Assembly: GCA_965218795.1 (NCBI GenBank)
Contig: OZ244653.1
Span: 2,528,001-2,592,000 of the forward strand
Length of the DNA stretch: 64,000 bases
Source of the DNA: a bacterium
GTDB taxonomy: Bacteria > UBA8248 > JACPRG01 > G963555815
Direction of reading: 5' to 3'
Below are positions 1 through 9,750 of the stretch, in pieces (position 1 is the stretch's first letter; every line of letters starts with the position of its first letter). The notes below the pieces were generated by a model that saw nothing but the letters and a program-made list of their open reading frames with translations, did no database searches and was not told the DNA's origin. Made by a program: the position numbers and the translations under genes.

Positions 1-2
1 CC

Positions 3-1565
3 TTCGGCGGGAAGTTGGTCGATGAGCCCAACGCCTCGCTGGCCGCCCTTCTCGCCCGGGCCGCGGGCCGTCCCGTCCGGCTGGTGAACAACCGGACCGA
101 GGAGTTCCGCGCCGCCCGGCCGAGAGTGCCCATCCGCATCCGGATCCGCATGGGGGCGTCGTCGGAAGGAAAACTGCTGGCGAAAGATTCCGACATCCTG
201 GGCGACGCCGGCGGGTACTGCGGCCGATGCATGAGGGTCCTCAACAACACCCTAGTCCGCATGGATAATTGCTACCGTATCCCGGCCGTCCAGGCCCGGG
301 CGCGCGCGGTCTATACCAACCATCTTCCGACCGGCTCCTTTCGGGGAATGGGTAATCCCCAAATGGCCTTCGCGCACGAAGCCTGCCTCGATCACCTGGC
401 GGATTCCTTGGGAATGGACCCGGTCGAGATCCGGATGAAGAATGCGATCCAGGAGGGAGACACATCGATTCACGGATGGAAGATCACCAGTTGCGGGCTT
501 TCCGGCTGCATTCGCAAGGCGGCTGAAATCAGCGGGTGGAAGGAGAATCGAGGGACCCCGGACCGAAGGGATGGACCGCACAAATTACGCGGACTCGGGA
601 TTGCGTGCGCGGTTCACGTCAGCGGAAACCGTTCGCACGGCGATTGGGACGGGGCGAATGCCGAAATCCGAATTCGGGAAGACGGCCGGGCGCATCTCGT
701 GATTGGCGAGGGGGAGATCGGTCAGGGCGCCAATACGGTCCTTGCGATGATCGCCGCCGAAGCGATCGGCCTTCCCCTCGATCACATTGATCTTTCGCCC
801 GCCGATACGGACCTGACGCCCCTGGGATACGGCGCCCGCGCCAGCCGTCTGACCTTCGTCGCCGGCAACGCCGTCCTCCGCGCGGCGGAGAAAGTCAAAA
901 CCGAAATCGTCAACCTGGCGGCCGATGTCCTGGAGGCCTCACCCGAAGACCTCGAAATCCGGGACGGGAAGGTCTCTGTTTCGGGGAGCGGGGAGAAGGC
1001 GGTCACCGTCGAGACGTTGATCAAGGACTCTCTCTTCCGACCCGGCTGGGAGCCCATCGTCGCCAGTGCCACGTACGACCCCCCCTCGGCCATCCCCGAT
1101 GAGTCCAGATACGGAAATGTCTCGGGAGCCTACACCTTCACGGCCCAGATCGCCGAAGTCGAGGTCGACACCGAAACCGGATGCGTAGAAGTCCTTCGTC
1201 TCGTTGCGGCCGATGACATCGGAAGGCCCATCAATCCCCTGACGGCGGAGGGGCAGGTGGAGGGGGGCGTCATACAGGGGATGGGATGGGCGCTCTTCGA
1301 AAGGATAATCTTCGACGGGGGAGAAGTGATCAACGGAAGTCTGGGCGACTATCTCCTGCCGAAGGCGGAAGGGTCGCCGAGGGTCGAGACCGTTTTGGTC
1401 GAGACCGACGACCCCGTCGGCCCCTTTGGCGGCAAGGGAGGCTCGGAGACCCCCATCGATCCGACGGCCGCGGCCATTGCCAACGCTGTTTACCGTGCAA
1501 CCGGAGCGCGAATGACCACCCTGCCGATCACATCGGAGAAAATGTTGGGGGCTCTGAGGTCGTAA
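3..1565 (+). CDS. Xanthine dehydrogenase / 4-hydroxybenzoyl-CoA reductase family molybdopterin-binding subunit (5'-truncated by window edge)
   Basis: Frame is open from position 3 (FGGK motif). Contains FRGMGNPQ, EIGQG, AEVEVDTETG, GQVEGG and GPFGGKG motifs of the XDH Mo-binding subunit. Confidence 0.92.
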   Translation, partial: FGGKLVDEPNASLAALLARAAGRPVRLVNNRTEEFRAARPRVPIRIRIRMGASSEGKLLAKDSDILGDAGGYCGRCMRVLNNTLVRMDNCYRIPAVQARARAVYTNHLPTGSFRGMGNPQMAFAHEACLDHLADSLGMDPVEIRMKNAIQEGDTSIHGWKITSCGLSGCIRKAAEISGWKENRGTPDRRDGPHKLRGLGIACAVHVSGNRSHGDWDGANAEIRIREDGRAHLVIGEGEIGQGANTVLAMIAAEAIGLPLDHIDLSPADTDLTPLGYGARASRLTFVAGNAVLRAAEKVKTEIVNLAADVLEASPEDLEIRDGKVSVSGSGEKAVTVETLIKDSLFRPGWEPIVASATYDPPSAIPDESRYGNVSGAYTFTAQIAEVEVDTETGCVEVLRLVAADDIGRPINPLTAEGQVEGGVIQGMGWALFERIIFDGGEVINGSLGDYLLPKAEGSPRVETVLVETDDPVGPFGGKGGSETPIDPTAAAIANAVYRATGARMTTLPITSEKMLGALRS

Positions 1566-1769
1566 TCGCGTGAAAATCATCGGCTTGAGACGGGGCGGAG
1601 GCTTTCAAAACAGAGGCTGAGTATCCCCTTTCGCAAAGGGAACTCGAACCATCGATCTCGGCGCGTCAGCAGCCGTCGAACTATGCTATGTTGAATCGAT
1701 AAGGGAAAATTGCGCGAAATCAGCAGCCGGGAAATCCTCTGGTCATTCTGACCAGGCCGGGAAGAAGCG

Positions 1770-2762
1770 ATGGCGACGGTTTCAACCAAAGGGATGACCG
1801 AATCGGTTCTATGGCCGAGGCTTCGGGACTACTGGCTGCCCGTCGCCTTCAGCGAAGAGGTGGGCGACAAGCCCCTGCCCGTCCGACTGCTCGACGAACG
1901 CCTGGCCATCTGCCGCCTGGGCGATGAAGTTGCCGCCTTCTACGACCTGTGCATCCACCGGGGCACCCCCATCTCGCTGGGCCGGATCGAAAACGGCGAG
2001 GTCGTCTGCGCCTACCACGGCTGGTCGTACAATGCCGAAGGCCGCTGCACGCGAATCCCCTCGGTCCCCTCCGCGCACCCGATTCCCAAAAAGGCCTGCC
2101 TGACCCGGTACCGGGCGCAGGAGCGGTACGGGCTCGTGTGGGTTTTCATGGGGGAGGGGGAGCCTCGGGCGCCGATTCCCGCGTTTCCGCCCCTGGAGGA
2201 TCCGAGTTTCCACGTCATTTTTCGGGACAAACGGCATTGGGACTGCAGCGCCGCCCGGGCCATCGAAAACTTCTTCGATTTCGGACATTTCGCGTGGGTG
2301 CACGACGGAATCCTGGGAACCCGCGATCAACCGATCCCGCCTGAGGTCACGTTGGAAAGAGACGGCGAATACATCCGCTTCCAGGCCCATGAAAGACCCA
2401 ACTCCACTCACACCATTCCGCATGAGCGCAGGTACATCGTTTCCCGCCCCTTTTCGATTTACCAAAGGAAAGAGGAGCCCGACGGCAAGACGGAGGCGCT
2501 GATCTTCGTCTGTCAGCCCGTCAGCGCGGGTGAATGCTTCAGATTCATGTTTGTCGCCCGGAATTATGAAGGCGGCCCGTATGCGGGCAAAGAAAAAAAC
2601 TTTGCGCTCCAGGATTTGCTGGCTGAACAGGACCGTTTGATCGTCGAAAACCAGAGGCCCGAAGAGCTCCCGCTGGACCTTGCGGAGGAGCTTCACATCA
2701 AAGGTCCGGATGCCCTCGCGCTGGCCTACCGGAGATTCCTGGGAGATCTCGGCGTTGAGTAA
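1770..2762 (+). CDS. Rieske non-heme iron oxygenase, VanA-like (O-/N-demethylase type), copy A
   Basis: Rieske motifs CIHRG and CAYHGW; mononuclear Fe motif ENFFDFGHFAWVH; C-terminal EQD...QRPEELPLD. Confidence 0.93.
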   Translation: MATVSTKGMTESVLWPRLRDYWLPVAFSEEVGDKPLPVRLLDERLAICRLGDEVAAFYDLCIHRGTPISLGRIENGEVVCAYHGWSYNAEGRCTRIPSVPSAHPIPKKACLTRYRAQERYGLVWVFMGEGEPRAPIPAFPPLEDPSFHVIFRDKRHWDCSAARAIENFFDFGHFAWVHDGILGTRDQPIPPEVTLERDGEYIRFQAHERPNSTHTIPHERRYIVSRPFSIYQRKEEPDGKTEALIFVCQPVSAGECFRFMFVARNYEGGPYAGKEKNFALQDLLAEQDRLIVENQRPEELPLDLAEELHIKGPDALALAYRRFLGDLGVE

Positions 2763-3403
2763 GACCGGCTCCGTCCGTAACGACTCAAAGTAGAGGACTC
2801 CTTGATGACAACGGCCGGCACCAAAGGGATGACCGAATCGGTTCTATGGCCGAGGCTTCGGGACTACTGGCTGCCCGTCGCCTTCAGCGAAGAGGTGGGC
2901 GACAAGCCCCTGCCCGTCCGACTGCTCGACGAACGCCTGGCCATCTGCCGCCTGGGCGATGAAGTTGCCGCCTTCTACGACCTGTGCATCCACCGGGGCA
3001 CCCCCATCTCGCTGGGCCGGATCGAAAACGGCGAGGTCGTCTGCGCCTACCACGGCTGGTCGTACAATGCCGAAGGCCGCTGCACGCGAATCCCCTCGGT
3101 CCCCTCCGCGCACCCGATTCCCAAAAAGGCCTGCCTGACCCGGTACCGGGCGCAGGAGCGGTACGGGCTCGTGTGGGTTTTCATGGGGGAGGGGGAGCCT
3201 CGGGCGCCGATTCCCGCGTTTCCGCCCCTGGAGGATCCGAGTTTCCACGTCATTTTTCGGGACAAACGGCATTGGGACTGCAGCGCCGCCCGGGCCATCG
3301 AAAACTTCTTCGATTTCGGACATTTCGCGTGGGTGCACGACGGAATCCTGGGAACCCGCGATCAACCGATCCCGCCTGAGGTCACGTTGGAAAGAGACGG
3401 CGA
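1785..3403 (+). repeat. 584-bp direct repeat (1785-2368 = 2820-3403) between the two Rieske genes
   Basis: Both copies run from ACCAAAGGGATGACCG to GAAAGAGACGGCGA at offset 1035. Overlapping ORFs in other frames (1949/2984, 2012/3047) translate identically, so synonymous sites also match. Confidence 0.92.
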
Positions 3404-3803
3404 CGAGCTCCGTTTCTCTGCCTCGAGACCGGCGAGCGAACATCATGCGGTCCACGCGGTCGATCACCGAAACAATTACCGGGTGATCCGCCCCTTCTCG
3501 ATTCATCAATGGAAGGTGGAACCGGACGGAAAAACGGAGGCTTTCTGCTACACGGTCATGCCCGTCTCGGCAGGCGAGTGCAACCGGTTTTTCATGACGG
3601 CCCGAAACTATGAGGGCGGTCCCTACGGCGGCGACCAGCACGCCGAGCTTCAGAACATCGTGGCGGAACAGGACCGCGTTATCGTTGAGAGCCAGAGGCC
3701 CGAGGAGCTGCCTTTAGACCTCACCGAGGAGCTGCACATCAAGGGACCCGACGCGCCCGCCCTCCAGTACCGAAAGATGTTGGGAGAGCTGGGCGTTGAG
3801 TAA
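2805..3803 (+). CDS. Rieske non-heme iron oxygenase, VanA-like, copy B
   Basis: Same motifs as copy A; GAGG RBS upstream. N-terminal ~195 aa identical to copy A, C-terminal half divergent. Confidence 0.93.
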   Translation: MTTAGTKGMTESVLWPRLRDYWLPVAFSEEVGDKPLPVRLLDERLAICRLGDEVAAFYDLCIHRGTPISLGRIENGEVVCAYHGWSYNAEGRCTRIPSVPSAHPIPKKACLTRYRAQERYGLVWVFMGEGEPRAPIPAFPPLEDPSFHVIFRDKRHWDCSAARAIENFFDFGHFAWVHDGILGTRDQPIPPEVTLERDGDELRFSASRPASEHHAVHAVDHRNNYRVIRPFSIHQWKVEPDGKTEAFCYTVMPVSAGECNRFFMTARNYEGGPYGGDQHAELQNIVAEQDRVIVESQRPEELPLDLTEELHIKGPDAPALQYRKMLGELGVE

Positions 3804-3859
3804 AGCCCCGCCCACAGTCGTTTTGAGACGATCGACTCACCGAGGAAGGGACAGCGGCA

Positions 3860-5230
3860 ATGCCCTTCGATGATCCACGGGATTTTCTGGAGTATCTGGA
3901 GGAGCGGAAGGAGCTTCTACGAATCACCGATGAGGTGAACCCGGAATTCGATATCGGCGCCTACATCCGGAAGACCTCCGATCAGCAGGGACCCGCCCTG
4001 CTCTTCGAGAATGTCAAAGGGCACAATATGGTTGTCGTTGGCGGTATCTTCGCGACGCGACGGCGCGCGCTCATGGCCCTGGAAGCGCCTCGGGAGGAAA
4101 TCAACGATTTCTTCTTTGAAGGGATCATGAACCCCATCCCGCCAAGGCTGGTGGAGAGCGGACCTTGCAAAGAAGTCATTCTGAAGGGGGAGGACGTCGA
4201 TCTCGCTAACCTTCCGATCCCCATCTACGCCAAGGGAGACGGCGGGGCATTCATCACACACGGCGTCCAGATCAGCAAAGACCCCGATACGGGAACCAAG
4301 AATGCGTCCATCTACCGCATGCAGCTGCAAGGCAAGCGTCAGATGGGCGTCCTCTGTGAAGGGTACCACGACCTTTACCGCCAGTACGTCAAAGCCGAAG
4401 CGAAAGGGAGGCCCTTGGAGGTCGCCGTGGCGCTGGGAGTCGACCCGGTGGTGATGCTGGCCACGCAGGTTCGGGCAGGGTACGGTCAGGACGAAATGGA
4501 TTACGCCGGGGGGCTGAGACGCAAAGCGGTCGACCTGGTCAAATGCGAGACCGTGGATCTGGAAGTCCCCGCCGCCGCCGAGATCGTCATCGAGGGGCTG
4601 ATGATGCCTCACCATCGGGAGCCGGAGGGCCCGTTCGGCGAATACTCCGGCTACTACGGTCCGGCCCGGGAACGCCCGATTGTGGAGATCACGGCGATCA
4701 CCCACCGAAGGGATCCCATCTACCATGCGGGCCTGACGGGCGCGCCGATGACGGAAAACCATTTCCTGAAGGTCCTCCCGTATGAGATGACAATGTACAA
4801 GGATCTGAAGGCGGCCTTCCCGGGTATCCAGGCCGTCCACTACACGGCGGCGGGCTGCTGCGAGTACATGGTCTACGTCAGCATGGAGACCACCTTCCGG
4901 GGCGAGGGACGCAATGCTCTCATGGCCGTTCTCGGCCACGTTCTCCATCCGAAATACGCGGTCGTCATGGACGACGACATTGACATCTTCCAGGATGAGC
5001 AAGTGCTCTGGGCCATCGCCACGCGCGCCCAGCCCCGGGAGGACATCGTCGTCATCCCCAAGTACCCCAGCCCGGCGCTGGATCCGACGGTGCCCGAGGG
5101 GACGCTCGGATCGGCGATGGGCATCGACGCGACGCGGCCCTTTGGGGAGCCGTTCCCGGATGTCCCGGTGCATCCCGGCCTGGAGAAAATTCCCGACCTG
5201 GTCGCGATGGTCCGTGAGGGGACCGCGTAA
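3860..5230 (+). CDS. UbiD family (prFMN-dependent) decarboxylase
   Basis: DLANLP...DGGAFIT, NASIYR and EGPFGEYSGYY motifs; C-terminal DDDIDI...WAIATR and GIDAT. Confidence 0.93.
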   Translation: MPFDDPRDFLEYLEERKELLRITDEVNPEFDIGAYIRKTSDQQGPALLFENVKGHNMVVVGGIFATRRRALMALEAPREEINDFFFEGIMNPIPPRLVESGPCKEVILKGEDVDLANLPIPIYAKGDGGAFITHGVQISKDPDTGTKNASIYRMQLQGKRQMGVLCEGYHDLYRQYVKAEAKGRPLEVAVALGVDPVVMLATQVRAGYGQDEMDYAGGLRRKAVDLVKCETVDLEVPAAAEIVIEGLMMPHHREPEGPFGEYSGYYGPARERPIVEITAITHRRDPIYHAGLTGAPMTENHFLKVLPYEMTMYKDLKAAFPGIQAVHYTAAGCCEYMVYVSMETTFRGEGRNALMAVLGHVLHPKYAVVMDDDIDIFQDEQVLWAIATRAQPREDIVVIPKYPSPALDPTVPEGTLGSAMGIDATRPFGEPFPDVPVHPGLEKIPDLVAMVREGTA

Positions 5231-5288
5231 ACCCAACCGCATCGCAACATTTGGATTTTGATTCTTCACACGCCAAGGAGAGAACGAG

Positions 5289-6887
5289 ATGGCGGGCGCA
5301 TACGATGTGATTGTCATCGGCGCGGGGTCGAACGGCCTGACCCTGGCAAGTTACCTGGCGAAGGGGGGACAAAAAGTTCTCGTCCTCGAGCGGCTCCCTT
5401 ACCCTGGCGGGGGTGTCACCTCCCGGGAGATCATTCCTGGATTCACGACTTCCCCTCACGCCGTCAATCACAACTGGGTGCATACCGGACCCATCCGAAA
5501 GGATCTGGAGTTGGAAAAGTTCGGCTCCCAGTACATCTTCCCCGAGATCATTTACAGCCATATCTTCAGCGACGGACGAAGCCTGACCCTCTATCGGGAT
5601 CTCGAGTCGACCGTCGCCGAAATCGCAAAATTCTCGAAGAACGACGCGGCCCGATATCGCGACTGGATCCGGGAAAACGAACCAACGTTCGAATTCATCA
5701 CGCGGGCGACATACGCGCCGCCGCGGCCTTTTTCCAAACTCTTCGGATTGCTCGAAGAGACCCCGTCCGGCATGCGGGCCCTGAAGAACTGGCTCGGCAG
5801 CGTTGATGACGTAGCGGACGCCCTGTTCGAGGATGAATGCGTGAAGGTCTGGTTCATCGTCTATTGCAGCCAGACGGTCCAGGAACCCCACGCGAAAGGG
5901 ACCGGGCTGATCCCCGTCGCGCTGCTTGTCAACCAGCACCGGGCCGGCGGAAACTCTCTGTCGGTCGGGGGGTCCCAAAGCATGACGACGGCCCTCGTGG
6001 CCTGCCTCGAAGCGCACGGGGGCGAGCTCCGAACGGGTTGCCACGTCTCACGGATTCTGACGGATGGCGACCGCGCAACCGGTGTGGCCCTCTCGGACGG
6101 AACGAGGATCGAAGCCGCCCGCGCGGTCGTGAGCAACGCGGAGCCCCACCAGGTCTTTCAAGAGATGGTCGATGGAAAACACCTCCCGGAGGAGTTCAGC
6201 GACCAGATCCGCAATTTCCGGTTCGTCCACTTTACGATTTTCGGCCTTCATCTCGCCCTGGAGGAAAACCCCGTCTACCGATGCGAGGACGACGCGCCCA
6301 ACCAGGCATTCAACGCCCAGATTGGCATCGATACACAGGACGAAATCCGGAAGCACTTCTATGAGCTGAGCATCGGAGAACCGCCCGCCGAGCCCGGCTT
6401 TATGGTCCTCCACCCGACCCGCTACGATCCCTCCATCGCCCCCCCGGGCAAGCACGTCACGATCATCTGGCAATACGGCCCCTGTCATCCCCGGGGCGGG
6501 GACCAGCGTTGGGATGAGATCAAGGAGGAGTATGCGGACCTGTGCATGGGGGTCTACAAGCGGTTCACCAAGAATATGACGGACGCGTCCGTCATCGGCC
6601 GGTTGGCCTACACCCCGCTCGACATCGCCCGGGAGAACATCTCAATGGTCGGCGGAGACATGATCAGCGGTCAGACATTGCTGGACCAAGCCGGCGTCTT
6701 TCGCCCCTTCCACGGGTATCCGCCCTACCGGACGCCTGTCGATGGGCTGTACCTCTGCGGACCGAGCACCCATCCCCGAGGAGGATGTCACGGAGCCTGC
6801 GGGTACAATGCCGCCGGCGCCGTCGCCGAAGACATCGGGATGAAACCCTGGTGGGCCGGCACGGAGTATCCAATCCTGAAGAATTGA
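5289..6887 (+). CDS. Phytoene dehydrogenase-like NAD(P)/FAD-dependent oxidoreductase
   Basis: N-terminal VIGAGSNGL FAD-binding motif; C-terminal YRTPVDGLYLCGPSTHPRGG...GYNAA. Confidence 0.9.
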   Translation: MAGAYDVIVIGAGSNGLTLASYLAKGGQKVLVLERLPYPGGGVTSREIIPGFTTSPHAVNHNWVHTGPIRKDLELEKFGSQYIFPEIIYSHIFSDGRSLTLYRDLESTVAEIAKFSKNDAARYRDWIRENEPTFEFITRATYAPPRPFSKLFGLLEETPSGMRALKNWLGSVDDVADALFEDECVKVWFIVYCSQTVQEPHAKGTGLIPVALLVNQHRAGGNSLSVGGSQSMTTALVACLEAHGGELRTGCHVSRILTDGDRATGVALSDGTRIEAARAVVSNAEPHQVFQEMVDGKHLPEEFSDQIRNFRFVHFTIFGLHLALEENPVYRCEDDAPNQAFNAQIGIDTQDEIRKHFYELSIGEPPAEPGFMVLHPTRYDPSIAPPGKHVTIIWQYGPCHPRGGDQRWDEIKEEYADLCMGVYKRFTKNMTDASVIGRLAYTPLDIARENISMVGGDMISGQTLLDQAGVFRPFHGYPPYRTPVDGLYLCGPSTHPRGGCHGACGYNAAGAVAEDIGMKPWWAGTEYPILKN

Positions 6888-6903
6888 ACGAAGGAGGGTA
6901 CGG

Positions 6904-7641
6904 GTGGCATCGATTCAACCCTTCGAGATCCGGGTCAACGGCAATCCGGTTCCCGCGTATCTCGCCATGCCCGCCGAGGAAGGCCCCCACCCGGGCTTAA
7001 TCGTCATGTCGGAGATTTTCGGCGTCAACGAAAACCTCAAGAATGTCTGCATGAGACTGGCGGACCAGGGGTACGCGGCGGCGACGGTCGATCATTTCCA
7101 TCGTGAGGAAGAGTCCACCTCGCCCTTCGACCGACCGGAAATCGGGCTGGAGAAGCGTTCCAGGCTGAAGGACGTCGAGCTCATCGCGGAGATGCGCACC
7201 GCGGTCGATGATCTAAAAACCCTCGATGCCGTCAACGCCGATCGCATCGGCTCGCTCGGGTTCTGTCTGGGAGGACGCCTATCCTATCTGGCGGCCTGCA
7301 CGATTCCGGACCTGGCCGCCTGTGTGGTCTTCTATGGAGGGGGGATCGTCAATGACAGTCCAACGGAGAACATGCCGGTGCCCCCGGTCGAGATGACCGC
7401 GAACATCCGGTGCCCCGTGCTCGCCCATTATGCGGAAGAGGACCATACGGTCCCGCAGGAACACCTGGAACGAATCCGACAGGCCCTCAAGGACCACGGC
7501 AAAGAGCACGAGGTCATTCAGTACCCAGGCACCATCCACGGCTTCGCCAACGACAGCAAGCCGGACTCCTACGAGCCCGTGTCAGCCAAGCTGGCCTGGG
7601 AACGTACGCACGCATTTCTTGAAAACCACCTGAAGGCTTAA
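6904..7641 (+). CDS. Dienelactone hydrolase family protein
   Basis: EIFGVN, nucleophile motif GFCLGG, HGF and AWER; GGAGG RBS before the GTG start. Confidence 0.92.
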   Translation: MASIQPFEIRVNGNPVPAYLAMPAEEGPHPGLIVMSEIFGVNENLKNVCMRLADQGYAAATVDHFHREEESTSPFDRPEIGLEKRSRLKDVELIAEMRTAVDDLKTLDAVNADRIGSLGFCLGGRLSYLAACTIPDLAACVVFYGGGIVNDSPTENMPVPPVEMTANIRCPVLAHYAEEDHTVPQEHLERIRQALKDHGKEHEVIQYPGTIHGFANDSKPDSYEPVSAKLAWERTHAFLENHLKA

Positions 7642-7675
7642 AAGAACGATTGTGAGGCTCCTGCTTTGGTCCCCA

Positions 7676-7823
7676 TGTCATTTCTGAGCGAGGGGTCAAC
7701 GACTCGAGGTCATCGATCCTGGCGAAGAATCTTCTTCAACTCGGGGGGCATCCTCCAAAGCCGATGATTTTCGCGCTTGAGCGAATTCCGAACGAGGGTC
7801 GCTCACTCCTGTTCGGGATGACA
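7676..7823. repeat. Degenerate REP-like palindromic element
   Basis: TGTCATTTCTGAGCG...GCGAAGAATCT followed by an inverted ...TTCGGGATGACA end. Resembles GTCATTCTGAGCG-type extragenic palindromes but is degenerate. Confidence 0.4.
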
Positions 7824-7909
7824 GCGCTTTCGGTCCGTCTTTTGGGCATAACCCCATGCCAACGGAGTCCTTCCGCAGCCTTCCATGGACGGATCAGCCC
7901 GCCCGTGTC

Positions 7910-8016
7910 TTGGTTGAGCGTATTGGAGCTGGTCCAGGAACTGGGCAACGTCGCCGAGGCGTGTCGTCGGCGGGGCATGGGCCGCACGAGTTTCTACGAG
8001 TGGAAGCGGCGCTTTA
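7910..8016 (+). mobile_element. IS481-family transposase N-terminal HTH fragment
   Basis: LSVLELVQELGNVAEACRRRGMGRTSFYEWKRRF is the typical IS481 HTH start; the rest of the gene is absent. Confidence 0.85.
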
Positions 8017-8079
8017 TCCAGTCGGTCTCAATTGCGTTGTTAGGCAGACTTCCGTTTACGAAACAGCCTCCTGAGCCCT

Positions 8080-8330
8080 TGAATCGCACCCACTATTAGA
8101 GCCAACCCCCCCCCTACAATTGCTCCTGCTAAACCTTTGTCGATCACTCTATTCCAGTCAAGAATCCCTTCGAATCGATCTCCTTGCGGTTGCTGTTGCG
8201 CCTGTGGGGATGTGGGCAAGGCGCGGAGCGGCTTGTCCATCATATCCACAGGCGACTCGCCGCGGTAGGCCTCGACCGGGGGTTTTCCGCCGAGCGCCGA
8301 GTGCGGCCTTTCGGTATGGTTCGGGCGGTG
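8080..8330 (-). mobile_element. IS3-family transposase C-terminal remnant with possible terminal repeat
   Basis: NHTERPHSALGGKPP matches the integrase-core end (YNxxRPHSxL). TGAATCGCACC at 8080 looks like an IS3-type TG-starting terminus. Confidence 0.65.
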
Positions 8331-8394
8331 CATCCGGGCGGGGACTTCTCTTTCGTGCTGGTGTTCGCCCGGTTCGCGGGGAACGCGGCCGGCG

Positions 8395-9030
8395 TCAGCG
8401 CTTTCGGCCGCGGCCGGGTTGGCCGGCCTCTCCCGTCAGGCCGGGCAAGACCGCAACCTTCTCGGATTCTTCGACGTAACGGACAAAAAGATATTTATCC
8501 TCGATCCCGTCGGTGAGCTTGTTGGGTAAGCCCTCTTCGGTTCCGGCTTCGATCTTGGCCACGATAAAGTGATGCCGGTCGGTGGTGAGGACTTCGTCCG
8601 CTGCTTCGCGCATCTCGCCCAAGCTCCGTACGCTCCGGGCCTCCGGAATTCCAGCTCCCAAGGCCATTCCCGCGATATCGAACTCGCCCGACGTGTGGCT
8701 GGGCATCCCGCCATTGCACTCGTACATCTCGTTGTCGAATACGATCACGCTCAGGTTCTTCGGCCGCCGGTTCGCCAGGGTGGCCAGGACGCCCAGGTTC
8801 AACAGGACGCTACCGTCCGTATCCAGGCAAATGACCCTCCGGTGGGGCAGGCCCAGCGCGACGCCGAGCGCGAGGGGGATATGGCAGCCGAGGGCCATCA
8901 GGTATAGATTGGCTCCCTTGGGCTCGGGCCGCGCGTTGAACCACTCGTTCTGGATTCCTCCGAGGGAAACGATGCAGAGTTCCTCCTTCAACCGGTCGGC
9001 GATGACCTTCAACGCTTCGTACCGCTTCAT
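8395..9030 (-). CDS. TPP-binding decarboxylase beta subunit (sulfopyruvate/phosphonopyruvate decarboxylase, ComE-like)
   Basis: MKRYEALK start with ATGA overlap; ALGVALG...DTDGSVLLNLG...FDN TPP motif. Confidence 0.85.
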   Translation of the reverse strand: MKRYEALKVIADRLKEELCIVSLGGIQNEWFNARPEPKGANLYLMALGCHIPLALGVALGLPHRRVICLDTDGSVLLNLGVLATLANRRPKNLSVIVFDNEMYECNGGMPSHTSGEFDIAGMALGAGIPEARSVRSLGEMREAADEVLTTDRHHFIVAKIEAGTEEGLPNKLTDGIEDKYLFVRYVEESEKVAVLPGLTGEAGQPGRGRKR

Positions 9031-9527
9031 TGCACGATCTCCCCGCTGAAAACGACCGCGACGTGATATTTCGAGTTGTCGGCCGTCTTGTAGGCGTTTC
9101 CGATGGCCCGCCGAATCTCCTCCTCCTTGCGTACGATCACGTACGGTATACGCATGGCCTGAAGGAGCGGCTCCATCGTCATCCCGTGCGGGATGGCATA
9201 CCATTGATCCTCGCCCACGTCCCCCCGGTAGCTCATCAGCATGACAACGGGAATCCCGTGGGTCAGACCCAGGCGGGAGAGCGATTCCGTCGCCACCCGA
9301 AGGCCCGAGTTTTCCATGATGATCGCGGCCCGCTTCCCCGTCAGCCAGACCCCCGCGGCGATGGAGGCGCCCTCTCCCTCGTTCGTCACGGGGACGTGCT
9401 CGAAATCGGCATCCGAGGAAACCTTCTCGTACACCTCCTTCAGATAGGAATCCGGCAGGGTGCAAACAATGCTCACCCCGGCCTCCTTCAATCCCTGAAT
9501 GACGAGCTCCGCGCAACCCTTCTTCAT
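9027..9527 (-). CDS. TPP-dependent decarboxylase alpha subunit (ComD-like)
   Basis: LPDS, VTNEGEG...AAG, MENSG and SYRGD.GE motifs; translationally coupled to the beta subunit. Confidence 0.87.
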   Translation of the reverse strand: MKKGCAELVIQGLKEAGVSIVCTLPDSYLKEVYEKVSSDADFEHVPVTNEGEGASIAAGVWLTGKRAAIIMENSGLRVATESLSRLGLTHGIPVVMLMSYRGDVGEDQWYAIPHGMTMEPLLQAMRIPYVIVRKEEEIRRAIGNAYKTADNSKYHVAVVFSGEIVQ

Positions 9528-9580
9528 TTTTCACCTCGCTCGGATGGGTAGCGTCCAGACCATCTCACCCTGATCACAGG

Positions 9581-9610
9581 AGGATATCCAGCGGCCGGGA
9601 ACGTTGTCAA
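9581..9610 (-). promoter_or_regulatory. Candidate sigma70 promoter for the comDE-like pair
   Basis: TTGACA-N18-TATCCT on the minus strand, about 55 bp upstream of the ATG. Confidence 0.5.
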
Positions 9611-9750
9611 TTCGAGAATACCCGACTCTACGATCTTGGGTCGCGGGTCATTTTGGAGTTATGGATTCGCGGACTGGAAATGAAACCGGCCCGGGTCCTG
9701 TCTCGAGAAACCTCGAATTCCGCCGGATGTTTTCGGCCGGGGCATCCCGG

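Noticed and set aside
1809-3641. Long antisense ORFs over the Rieske genes (likewise 3917-5317, 22619-24076, 33072-34766, 58280-60208)
   Set aside because: They are shadow frames of high-GC coding genes and show no motifs.
8395-9534. 379-aa ORF suggesting a fused decarboxylase
   Set aside because: The N-terminal part is an alternative frame of the alpha subunit. The real beta start is the ATGA overlap at 9030.
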